From an uncultured Pseudomonadales bacterium (GTDB lineage Bacteria > Patescibacteriota > Microgenomatia > UBA1400), in contig CAZPUR010000005.1 in assembly GCA_964589815.1 (NCBI GenBank), positions 7,472 through 71,471 of the forward strand: a DNA stretch of 64,000 nucleotides, read 5' to 3'. Under the pieces are notes generated by a model. That model saw nothing but the letters and a program-made list of their open reading frames with translations. It had not been told where the DNA came from and made no database searches. A program made the position numbers and the translations under genes. This document shows, one piece after another, positions 53,347 to 61,631 of this stretch (position 1 is its first letter; each line of letters starts with the position of its first letter).

Positions 53347-55803
53347 TCAATCGCAAAATTGACAACAGTCTGGACTACAGCCATAACTGCAAATATTACC
53401 AAAACTTTGGTCAGCCGGATTGGTTTGGACACAAGTGGGACCAGCGTAATAACAACCGTTAAAACGGGAATCACTATACTCATCAAGAGCGCGGTTAGTA
53501 GGTTGGATCCATTTACAGCGGCTACAGTTACACTCTCTTGGTGGGTTGCCACCGCACCAATTCATATGCTGAGCAATAACCAGGCCATAAGGCAGTCCTA
53601 AACAGCTTTCGCAAATAGGATCTTTGCCAAATTCACAGCCAGGTTCGATTTGAGGAGAACCACCGCATGCACCTGGATTGACATTATAATCAGCCCCACC
53701 GGGTAAAGCATTATTGTCCGGGTTGCACCAGACACCATATTGGCAGGCGCTGTATGCTGGAATCCAAGTGCAATAAGGCGGAACGCATTCTTGGGGATTT
53801 TTACCCTCAATTACAATAGGATTGCCGTCAGCATCTAAGATAGGATTACCATTGGCATCTCTTTCAATACAGGGATTGCGCGGTTCGCCCATTTCATCGG
53901 CTTTATAATCTTCTGGGTCACAAGAGGGAAACATTTTGCCAAAATGGCCATAAACATCCATTCTTTTTTCCACGGCTTCTTCTGAATAAGCAGTGCAAAT
54001 GCCGGCAGCCATCATATTTCTTAAGGTGGCCAGATCACCGTAATGAACTTGAGACTCGGTCCCGCCTTCAAAACCATTGACTCTAACCCTAGCTTTAGTG
54101 CCATTACTGGAGCTGCCTGCAATTAAAGCTTTAGCTTCATCTTTCGGAAGCCAATCAGAATAATTATTTTGAGGAATTAAAGTCTTGGCGACTTTAGCAG
54201 CATATTGAGCCGAAGCGTTAACCGTAGGAATATGAGCTTTAAAAGCCATTTTATATTGAGTTTTTTCTTTAGTGGTTATTTTAAGAATTAATTCTAAGAT
54301 TTCTTCAATAACATTTTTAAGCACCGAGATAAAGCCAAGAACAAAATTAGGTTTTACTTCTTCAAGTTGGGCGAGGTCTTCTTTAATGGTTTTGTCGCCG
54401 CCGGCAAAACCAGCCGAACAGGAATAATCAACTTCTTCAACTTTAAATTTGAAGTTTTGATTCTCATAAGGAGTAAGATTAGCAATTTGGTTTTCAGGGG
54501 AATGAGGGCCGTAAATGGCAACCGGACCTAAGGCCGCTTCAGTCAGATTGGCCAGTTCTTTTTCATGTTTGGCCGCTTCTTCACAGGTAGCAGCTGCCTC
54601 ATGGTTTACCGATCCAAAATCTTCACCTCCTTCTTCTCCTGGCTCATAAGGGTAAACTTCAGTATAAATTTTAGCCACGGGCTTACCAGATAAAGAAGGT
54701 TTTATTTGGTCTGGGACCACCGCTCGAGTAGTAAAATCCATATTTTTAGAAAGGGCTTTAAAATTAGGGAAAACAATCTTTTCATAATGAACTTCACCCT
54801 CGGGATTTTCTTTTTTGTAAAAAGAAATACCTTCAACTTCACCTTGAGGGGTGGGTTCAGGAGTAGCTAAAGGCTCTTCGCGGGTGCTTTTGTTTTCATC
54901 TTCAATTTTGGCATCAAAAAACCCCATTGACGGGCCTTTAACTGTAAAGACTTCCTCTTCTGGTTCTGCAGCACTTATTGCCTGGGTTGAAGTTAATTCG
55001 CAAGTGGTATTTTCCGTGGCGGCCGGTTTAAACCACCAATCATTTTCCCAGCGAGGGTCTAAAAAAGCGCCGGTGTCACGGATCGCCACTAAAATCGGAC
55101 TGCCATTGGCCGTGCCCAGTTTTTGACCGCCGCAAAGAATAGGCAACTCCTGTCTGCCAGCCGCATGAAGAGTGTTATATAAACTTAAGACTTCCGGGTC
55201 AACATTAAAGTTTTTCAGGTGGATGCCGTAACCATAGGCCATATTATCTTCCCGGGTGTATTTGATAGTGATGCTGTCGGCGGTGGCATATAAAACCATG
55301 ACCTCATAACCGCCGCCAATATCATATTCAGAATCAGGGACTAAAATCTTATCACCGCTATTAGTAGCCAAAGCGATTAAAGTAGCCAGGTCTTGGGGCA
55401 AAGTGGGGTCACCATAATCTTCTCTTCTAATTAAATTGCCCCGTTGATTGGTATTCCAATCCCACTGATACATTTGATAAAGAGCTACCACTGCCGGCCG
55501 AGCATTATTTTCAATTAAAGTGCTTAGTTGCGGCGCGCTCGGATCAATCAGACCAGAACCTATCGGGTGATAGTTAAGCAAACCAAGATATCCGGAAATT
55601 GATTCATAACCCCGAACATCGATATTAATATCCGGATGGTTGGCCGGCGCCGGTGCTCCTTGGAAAATTTCCGGTTGTTTTGGGGCTTTAAAGGCCTTTT
55701 GAGAGGCTCTTTGGGTAAAGAGCGCATAAGTAAGAAGGAGAAGGATAAAAGAACAGGCTAAGGCTAGCCAAAAAATAATTTTTTGGGGCAGGAATTTTTT
55801 CAT
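53347..55803 (-). CDS. Secreted/anchored 818-aa protein with Cys-rich C-terminus (candidate adhesin)
   Basis: N-terminal TM; globular domain ending IRDTGAFLDPRWENDWW; many Cys in last ~190 aa. Confidence 0.7.
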   Translation of the reverse strand: MKKFLPQKIIFWLALACSFILLLLTYALFTQRASQKAFKAPKQPEIFQGAPAPANHPDINIDVRGYESISGYLGLLNYHPIGSGLIDPSAPQLSTLIENNARPAVVALYQMYQWDWNTNQRGNLIRREDYGDPTLPQDLATLIALATNSGDKILVPDSEYDIGGGYEVMVLYATADSITIKYTREDNMAYGYGIHLKNFNVDPEVLSLYNTLHAAGRQELPILCGGQKLGTANGSPILVAIRDTGAFLDPRWENDWWFKPAATENTTCELTSTQAISAAEPEEEVFTVKGPSMGFFDAKIEDENKSTREEPLATPEPTPQGEVEGISFYKKENPEGEVHYEKIVFPNFKALSKNMDFTTRAVVPDQIKPSLSGKPVAKIYTEVYPYEPGEEGGEDFGSVNHEAAATCEEAAKHEKELANLTEAALGPVAIYGPHSPENQIANLTPYENQNFKFKVEEVDYSCSAGFAGGDKTIKEDLAQLEEVKPNFVLGFISVLKNVIEEILELILKITTKEKTQYKMAFKAHIPTVNASAQYAAKVAKTLIPQNNYSDWLPKDEAKALIAGSSSNGTKARVRVNGFEGGTESQVHYGDLATLRNMMAAGICTAYSEEAVEKRMDVYGHFGKMFPSCDPEDYKADEMGEPRNPCIERDANGNPILDADGNPIVIEGKNPQECVPPYCTWIPAYSACQYGVWCNPDNNALPGGADYNVNPGACGGSPQIEPGCEFGKDPICESCLGLPYGLVIAQHMNWCGGNPPRECNCSRCKWIQPTNRALDEYSDSRFNGCYYAGPTCVQTNPADQSFGNICSYGCSPDCCQFCD

Positions 55804-55815
55804 AACTATTTTTCT

Positions 55816-56118
55816 TTAGGTTCCCGGGATTTCAAATTTTGTCAAGTCAATACCAGTAAATTGAGAGAGAAATCTTAAAATAAACCAGCTAGCGATTAAG
55901 AGAATGAAGCCAACAATAGCCCAAGTTAAAGTTCCCTGGGCTTTTTTAGCTTTTTCCGGATCACCACCAGAAGTAAGATAATTGATGCCGCCTAGCATCA
56001 ACATCACAAACAAAACCAAACCGGCCAAAACAAGCGCTACATTTAAGATATTAGCAAAAACCACTTCTAAATCTTTAAATTGCGCTGGTTCATCCGCCGG
56101 ACGATTCCATTCTGGCAT
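55816..56118 (-). CDS. VirB2/TrbC-like T4SS pilin 7
   Basis: TM-GGINYLTSGGDPEKAKKA-TM. Confidence 0.82.
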   Translation of the reverse strand: MPEWNRPADEPAQFKDLEVVFANILNVALVLAGLVLFVMLMLGGINYLTSGGDPEKAKKAQGTLTWAIVGFILLIASWFILRFLSQFTGIDLTKFEIPGT

Positions 56119-56160
56119 TAATTAAAGTGTAATTCTTTTTTATTAGAAGTTCAAGAGTTA

Positions 56161-56565
56161 TTATTCGCTATAGCCAGTGGGAAAACTGTAAGTTTCGTCA
56201 CCACCAAAAATGTCTGGTAAGCCAAAGAACCAAGTAACCAATTTAATGATTAACCAGGCCAAAGCCACAATTACTAAACCAATTATAGCGGCGGTAATTC
56301 TATTTCTGGCTTCCTCATATTTGGCTTTATCGCCGCCAGACAAAATCCACTGAATACCACCCCATAAAAGGAAAATAAAAGCAAGGACGACGGCAACGAT
56401 AAAGGCAATTTTAATAATCCCCTGGATCAAAGGACTGAATTCGGTCACCTTAACTTCTTCTGGTTGACCAATAGTAATATCATCAAAAGCCGCCAGGACA
56501 GGATTGGTTAAAACTAGATAACCTAAAGCACCACTTGCTGAAGTTAAAATTTTTTTAAGTTTCAT
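56161..56565 (-). CDS. VirB2/TrbC-like T4SS pilin 6 (signal peptide, strong SD; candidate major pilin)
   Basis: ...NPVLAA signal; GGIQWILSGGDKAKYEEARNRITAAIIGL; SD GAGGAGGTGA. Confidence 0.85.
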   Translation of the reverse strand: MKLKKILTSASGALGYLVLTNPVLAAFDDITIGQPEEVKVTEFSPLIQGIIKIAFIVAVVLAFIFLLWGGIQWILSGGDKAKYEEARNRITAAIIGLVIVALAWLIIKLVTWFFGLPDIFGGDETYSFPTGYSE

Positions 56566-56635
56566 TTGATCACCTCCTCAAAATTAGCAATTAGCTAATT
56601 ATTATTATTACTTAAAATTATAAACTTTGTCAATA

Positions 56636-56968
56636 TTATTCTTCATCTCCAAGGTTAAATTTAACTCCAGAACCTGGAGTGACTTCACCCAAACCCAAAA
56701 AGTGCAGAGCCAAAGTCCAAAGTAGCCAGACGAGAGCCATTATGGCCAGTCCAGCCAGAGCATGAGTGATTTTGTTTCTGGCGCTTTTTAGTTTTTCCTG
56801 ATCGCCCTCGCTCATCAGCCAGTCGATTGCCCCCCAAATAAGATAAGCAAGGGCTAAAATGGCAGCCGCGATGATGCCTAGTTTGAGAATGTTTTTAAAA
56901 AACAGACCCAAATCTTTAATTTCAAAGATTTTTTCTGCTTCAGGACCAATTTTTGTTTCTACTGCCAT
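56636..56968 (-). CDS. VirB2/TrbC-like T4SS pilin 5
   Basis: WGAIDWLMSEGDQEKLKSARNKITHALAGL. Confidence 0.82.
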   Translation of the reverse strand: MAVETKIGPEAEKIFEIKDLGLFFKNILKLGIIAAAILALAYLIWGAIDWLMSEGDQEKLKSARNKITHALAGLAIMALVWLLWTLALHFLGLGEVTPGSGVKFNLGDEE

Positions 56969-56970
56969 TT

Positions 56971-57324
56971 TTATTCCTCTGGCGTCGGCCAGGCAAATTC
57001 CAAAATATCAAAACCAAAAATATGTTTAGTAAAACCAACAATAGCATAAGAAGCAGCCAGAATGGCCATCCCGGCCAAAGCATGAATAATTTTGTTTTTG
57101 GCATTTTTTAGTTTTTCCGGGTCGCCCTCACTCATTAACCAATCAACTGCTCCCCAGATTAAAAAAATTAATAAGGCCAAGCCGCCTACCACCATTATTG
57201 TCCGCCACATGCGGACGATAAAAGGCGCTAAAGGGTTTTGGGAAACAGTTTCGTATTTCCCTTCAGTTTCTTTTAAAACCGGGTTCTCGATGGAAGGGAG
57301 AGATTGGGCCAGTTTTTTTATCAT
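56971..57324 (-). CDS. VirB2/TrbC-like T4SS pilin 4
   Basis: WGAVDWLMSEGDPEKLKNAKNKIIHALAGM. Confidence 0.82.
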   Translation of the reverse strand: MIKKLAQSLPSIENPVLKETEGKYETVSQNPLAPFIVRMWRTIMVVGGLALLIFLIWGAVDWLMSEGDPEKLKNAKNKIIHALAGMAILAASYAIVGFTKHIFGFDILEFAWPTPEE

Positions 57325-57326
57325 TA

Positions 57327-57743
57327 TTATTCTCCGTTGTTTCCTGCTCCTGGAGCCAGGTTATCAATAATATATTTAGCTGGGGTTAAGATTTCTATAC
57401 CCAAGACGGTGCCTACAATAAAAGCAATGCTATAGCTAGCCACGACAATAATTAGACCAATAACTGCATTGGTCATTTGGTGTTTGGCTTTTTCTACCCC
57501 CTCTCTGTCTCCGCTAGAGGTAAGCCATTGGATACCTCCCAAGACAAAATAAAGGATAAACATGAGACCGCCTATAATAGTTAGAACCCCTAAGGTGTTG
57601 GAAAAAATTTTAGTTAACATATTGGCCGCTGATTCTTGTGTTGTTCCCGGGTCATAACCACCAGGGAGACCCTTAAGCTCTCCCAATGATTCACTATGGG
57701 GTTCAACGCCAGCTAAAACAGATTTTACTAGTTGTTTTTTCAT
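57327..57743 (-). CDS. VirB2/TrbC-like T4SS pilin 3
   Basis: GGIQWLTSSGDREGVEKAKHQMTNAVIGL. Confidence 0.82.
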   Translation of the reverse strand: MKKQLVKSVLAGVEPHSESLGELKGLPGGYDPGTTQESAANMLTKIFSNTLGVLTIIGGLMFILYFVLGGIQWLTSSGDREGVEKAKHQMTNAVIGLIIVVASYSIAFIVGTVLGIEILTPAKYIIDNLAPGAGNNGE

Positions 57744-58282
57744 GGTACAAATACGTCCGGTGTTGGACCATAAATTTTGGGACTAATAATCATGGTCGCG
57801 TCGCCAAATAATAACCAGCCGAAAATGGCCGCCAAAGTATAGGAGGCAGCAATAATAACTAAGCCAATTAAAGAATTCCAGATTTTACCTTGGGCGCTTT
57901 TAATTTTCTCTGGGTCGCCCTGAGAAGAAATAAATTCCAAACCTGATAAGATTAAATTAATGACAGCAAAAAGCCCGGCCACAATAGTTAAAAGTCTTAA
58001 GACATTGGAGAAAAAATTAATTAAACCAAAGCCACCTTCGCCGCCGACTTCTGTTGAACCATGTTTTCCCAACCAGCCTGGAGGTTGGACCTCGCCGATG
58101 ATGCTGTCTTGAGCATATGCAAGAGAAATTAACCTAATTGACCTAATTTCTAATTGACCTAAAAAAGCACTAAATCCCAATAGTCCAATAAAATAATAAA
58201 AAAATTTTCTAATTTTGATCTTTCCCGATGCTTTGATCGAGGATACTCGACTTTTTCGTCGGTATAATTTTAAACTTTGCAT
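57740..58282 (-). CDS. VirB2/TrbC-like T4SS pilin 2 (start uncertain)
   Basis: LAYAQ signal end; SGLEFISSQGDPEKIKSAQGKIWNSLIGL. Confidence 0.8.
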   Translation of the reverse strand: MQSLKLYRRKSRVSSIKASGKIKIRKFFYYFIGLLGFSAFLGQLEIRSIRLISLAYAQDSIIGEVQPPGWLGKHGSTEVGGEGGFGLINFFSNVLRLLTIVAGLFAVINLILSGLEFISSQGDPEKIKSAQGKIWNSLIGLVIIAASYTLAAIFGWLLFGDATMIISPKIYGPTPDVFVP

Positions 58283-58299
58283 TTTAAATTTTAAACTTT

Positions 58300-58635
58300 T
58301 TAGACTCCTGATTTAAAAATAGGGATACCGGTTAAAAATTCAATTAGTTTGATAATCCAGAAACTGGCAAAGACTAAGGCAAAACCAATAATGGCGGCCG
58401 TCAGAGCCTTACTGCCTTGTTTTTGTTTTTCCGGATTGCCTGATGAAGTAATTATAGCAAAACCGCCGGCAATAAGCAGAAGAAATAAAATTAAAGAAGC
58501 AATAATATAAACATTAGGGAGAACATTAGAAATAAGTTCGCCCAGGGAACCATAACCAGCAGCACTTTTAATTCCTCCTCCTCCCGGTTTAAGCTTAAAC
58601 TCCTCACCAATATCAATGGCTAGTTTGACAGGCAT
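58300..58635 (-). CDS. VirB2/TrbC-like T4SS pilin 1
   Basis: GGFAIITSSGNPEKQKQGSKALTAAIIGF; TGtTATTAT 8 nt upstream of ATG 58635. Confidence 0.82.
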   Translation of the reverse strand: MPVKLAIDIGEEFKLKPGGGGIKSAAGYGSLGELISNVLPNVYIIASLILFLLLIAGGFAIITSSGNPEKQKQGSKALTAAIIGFALVFASFWIIKLIEFLTGIPIFKSGV

Positions 58636-58654
58636 TTGAAATAATAATAACATA

Positions 58655-58730
58655 AAAATTCCTAATTTCTAATATCTAATTTCTAATGAAATGTCAAATG
58701 TCCAATTTCAAATTCCAAACAAATCCAAAA
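58655..58730. repeat. Degenerate heptamer tract in divergent pilin/prenyltransferase intergenic region
   Basis: aatttct aatatct aatttct ... aatgtca aatgtcc aatttca aattcca. Confidence 0.65.
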
Positions 58731-58760
58731 CAGCCTTGAGATTGATGTTATAATTCACCC

Positions 58761-59570
58761 ATGCAAGTTAAAAAATATCTTAATGATTTTAAGAAGAAAT
58801 TTGACCTGAGGCTGGATACTTATTTGGTTAAAAAGCAAAAACAAGCGCAGAAAATTACTCCTCGGTTTAGCAAAGCCATAAAAGAAATTAGAAGATTAAA
58901 TCAGGCTGGCGGCAAGAGAATCAGGCCGGCCCTTATCTATACCGCCTTTAAAGCCTGTGGAGGGAGGGTTAGTAGGCAGCTGTGGCAGACTTGCATGGCC
59001 ATGGAATTAATCCAGGCTTTTGCACTTTTGCATGATGACATTATGGATGATACCCAAGAGCGCAGAGGCGAAATTACTTGTTTTAAAAAACTGGGATTAA
59101 ATAAAGCCATTTTAACAGGTGATGTAGCTTTGATTTTGTCAGAAGAATTGATTCCTCATAAGATTCAGTATTACTTTGATCAAATGAAGTGGGAATTAGC
59201 TGCTGGACAATGGCTGGATATTGATCATGGCCAGCAGGTAAAAGCAAATTTAAAATTTAAGATTTTAGAATTAAAAACTGCCATGTATACTATTGCCAGG
59301 CCATTACAGATTGGAGCAGCGCTGGCAAATGCTTCGCCAAAAATTTTAAAATCCCTATTTGATTATGGTAAAAACGTGGGGATTGCTTTTCAAATGAAAG
59401 ACGATGTTTTGGATGCAGAAATTGGTCAGGATGATTTGCAAAAATATCTTAAAAAAGCAGTGGTTTTTTCTCAAAAAGGTAAAAAGGCCCTAAAAAATGT
59501 TAAAATAAGAAGAAAAGAGAAAGAATTTTTATTAGGTATGGCGGATTATGTAATTAAAAGAGGATATTAG
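58761..59570 (+). CDS. Short-chain polyprenyl (FPP/GGPP) synthase, C-terminally compact
   Basis: GGKRIRP, FALLHDDIMD...RRG, GQWLD, LKTA, FQMKDD. Confidence 0.88.
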   Translation: MQVKKYLNDFKKKFDLRLDTYLVKKQKQAQKITPRFSKAIKEIRRLNQAGGKRIRPALIYTAFKACGGRVSRQLWQTCMAMELIQAFALLHDDIMDDTQERRGEITCFKKLGLNKAILTGDVALILSEELIPHKIQYYFDQMKWELAAGQWLDIDHGQQVKANLKFKILELKTAMYTIARPLQIGAALANASPKILKSLFDYGKNVGIAFQMKDDVLDAEIGQDDLQKYLKKAVVFSQKGKKALKNVKIRRKEKEFLLGMADYVIKRGY

Positions 59571-59585
59571 GATAATAAGATAACA

Positions 59586-60182
59586 ATGAACAGTCAAACA
59601 GAAAAAGAATTAGTCAAGCAAATTATTAAGGGTAACAAAAAAGCCATTAGAGAGTTTTATAAAACTTATCAAGCTAGGTTATTGAATTTTATTCTTAAGA
59701 AAGTGGCTAACAGAAAAGATGCGGAAGAAATTTTACAAGATACTTTTATTTCTGCTTTAGACTCACTGCCTTTATTTAAGTTTAATTCTTCTCTTTATAC
59801 TTGGTTGTGCAGTATTAGTTATCATGAAATAGTTGATTTTTATCGAAAAAGGAAATTAAAAACCATTATTTTTTCCCGTTTGCCTTGGTTGAAAAAGATT
59901 GTTGATCAAGCTTTAGGCCCCCAGTTAGTTTTAGAAGAAAAACAAGCCAAAACCAGAATTTATCAAACTTTTAAAAATTTGTCCGAAGGATATAGCCAAA
60001 TTTTACGACTAAAATATATAGATGGCCTTTCTGTGAAAGAAATTGCCCAAAAACTAAAAACAACAGTAAAAGCGGTAGAGTCAAAATTATCACGGGCAAG
60101 ATTGGCTTTTCAAGAGAAATATGCTGAAGAAACTCAAAATAGTAAAGAAAGTTGGCAAATACTCGATTCTACTTTCGATTAA
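59586..60182 (+). CDS. ECF RNA polymerase sigma factor
   Basis: DAEEILQDTF, YTWL..I, GLSVKEIA..L......VESKLSRAR. Confidence 0.92.
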   Translation: MNSQTEKELVKQIIKGNKKAIREFYKTYQARLLNFILKKVANRKDAEEILQDTFISALDSLPLFKFNSSLYTWLCSISYHEIVDFYRKRKLKTIIFSRLPWLKKIVDQALGPQLVLEEKQAKTRIYQTFKNLSEGYSQILRLKYIDGLSVKEIAQKLKTTVKAVESKLSRARLAFQEKYAEETQNSKESWQILDSTFD

Positions 60183-60480
60183 AGAGAGTTATCTTCTCTC
60201 CAGAAATCTTTTAGGCCTTATTCTTCACCCTTTTAAAACCTTAAGAGCGATTCAAAGAGAAAAAGATTATTCACAAGCTGCTTTAATTTTTGGCCTGCCT
60301 TTTTATACTTTTGTTTTGGGAGTAATTTTTATCTTTTCTGCCAGATTTCTGATTGATGCCCCTACTTCCTTAGGTTGGTTAGCTAAAATTTTATTGAGTT
60401 TATTGACTTTATTGAGTTTATTGACTTTTATTTATTTGGCTTATTGGTTAATCAAGATTTATAGACTGAGAAAAAGATGA
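60121..60480 (+). CDS. Small 2-TM membrane protein
   Basis: HPFKTLR..., two hydrophobic segments; overlaps sigma stop and HMGR start. Confidence 0.65.
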   Translation: MLKKLKIVKKVGKYSILLSIKESYLLSRNLLGLILHPFKTLRAIQREKDYSQAALIFGLPFYTFVLGVIFIFSARFLIDAPTSLGWLAKILLSLLTLLSLLTFIYLAYWLIKIYRLRKR

Positions 60481-61631
60481 AAATGAGAAGTTTGAAATCA
60501 GTTGATAAAAAAAGAGAATATCTGGAAAAGAAATTAAAACTAGAGCTAAAAAACATTAGCCATTTTTCTTTGGATCCGGCAGTAATAAAAAATCATAACT
60601 GTGAAAATATGATTGGCGTTACTCAAATGCCTTTAGGCATTGCCGGACCGATTCAAGTTAAAAGTTTAAAATTTAAAGTTAAAAGTTATTATCTTCCCTT
60701 AGCGACGACTGAAGGAGCCTTGGTGGCCAGTGTTAACAGAGGTTGTAAAGCTACTAGTTTATCAGGAGGAATTAGAGTTTTAGCTGAAGAAGTGGGTACT
60801 ACCCGTGGTCCTGTTTTTCGGACAAAAAACATTGAACAAAGCTTGTTTTTTAAAAAATGGCTTGACCAAAATTTTACCAAACTGCAAAAGGAGGCGGCCA
60901 AGATTTCATCTCATCTAAGTTTAATAAAATTGGGAACCAGATTTTGCGGCCGAGATGTATTTGTCAGGTTTTATTTCAGGACCGGTGAGGCAATGGGAAT
61001 GAATATGGCTACAATTGCGACCCAGGCCTTAGTGCAAAAAATTAAAGCAGAAACAGGCATTAATTGCCTATCTATCTCCGGCAATTTTTGTATTGATAAA
61101 AAACCAGCTTGGCTTAATTTTATTTCTGGCCGCGGTAAAAGAGTTTGGGCAGAAGCAGTTATTAAAAAAAAGATTATTAAAGAAGTTTTAAAAACAAACT
61201 CAAAGCAGATTGTTAAAGTGGTTAATAAAAAATGTCATTTGGGTTCAATAATGAGTGGTTCTTTAGGATTTAATGCCCATTTTGCTAATATTGTGGCCGC
61301 TTTATTTTTAGCCACGGGGCAAGATATGGCTTATGTAGTTGAAGCTTCTTTAGGAATTACCACCGCCGAGGTAGAAAAAAATAGTGATTTATATTTTTCT
61401 GTTTATCTGCCCAATTTAATGGTGGGAACTGTTGGCGGCGGTACAGGTTTGGCAACCCAAAAAGAAGCTTTGGCAGTTTTAGGACTAGATAAAGTGAAAA
61501 AAGGCGATGCTTTAAAATTGGCGCAAATTATTGGTGGAGCAGTTTTGGCCGGAGAGCTTTCTTTAATAGCAGCCCTGAGTGCCGGTCATCTGGCCAGAGC
61601 TCATCAAAAACTAGGACGGGGCAAAAAATGA
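60477..61631 (+). CDS. hmgA: HMG-CoA reductase, class I (NADPH, archaeal/eukaryotic type)
   Basis: ENMIG, PLATTEGALVAS, AMGMNM, GTVGGGT, AHQKLGR. Confidence 0.95.
   Translation: MKMRSLKSVDKKREYLEKKLKLELKNISHFSLDPAVIKNHNCENMIGVTQMPLGIAGPIQVKSLKFKVKSYYLPLATTEGALVASVNRGCKATSLSGGIRVLAEEVGTTRGPVFRTKNIEQSLFFKKWLDQNFTKLQKEAAKISSHLSLIKLGTRFCGRDVFVRFYFRTGEAMGMNMATIATQALVQKIKAETGINCLSISGNFCIDKKPAWLNFISGRGKRVWAEAVIKKKIIKEVLKTNSKQIVKVVNKKCHLGSIMSGSLGFNAHFANIVAALFLATGQDMAYVVEASLGITTAEVEKNSDLYFSVYLPNLMVGTVGGGTGLATQKEALAVLGLDKVKKGDALKLAQIIGGAVLAGELSLIAALSAGHLARAHQKLGRGKK

Noticed and set aside
36993-58635. Interpretation as prophage or integrative conjugative element
   Set aside because: No integrase, relaxase, phage structural genes or att repeats seen; composition looks like the flanks.
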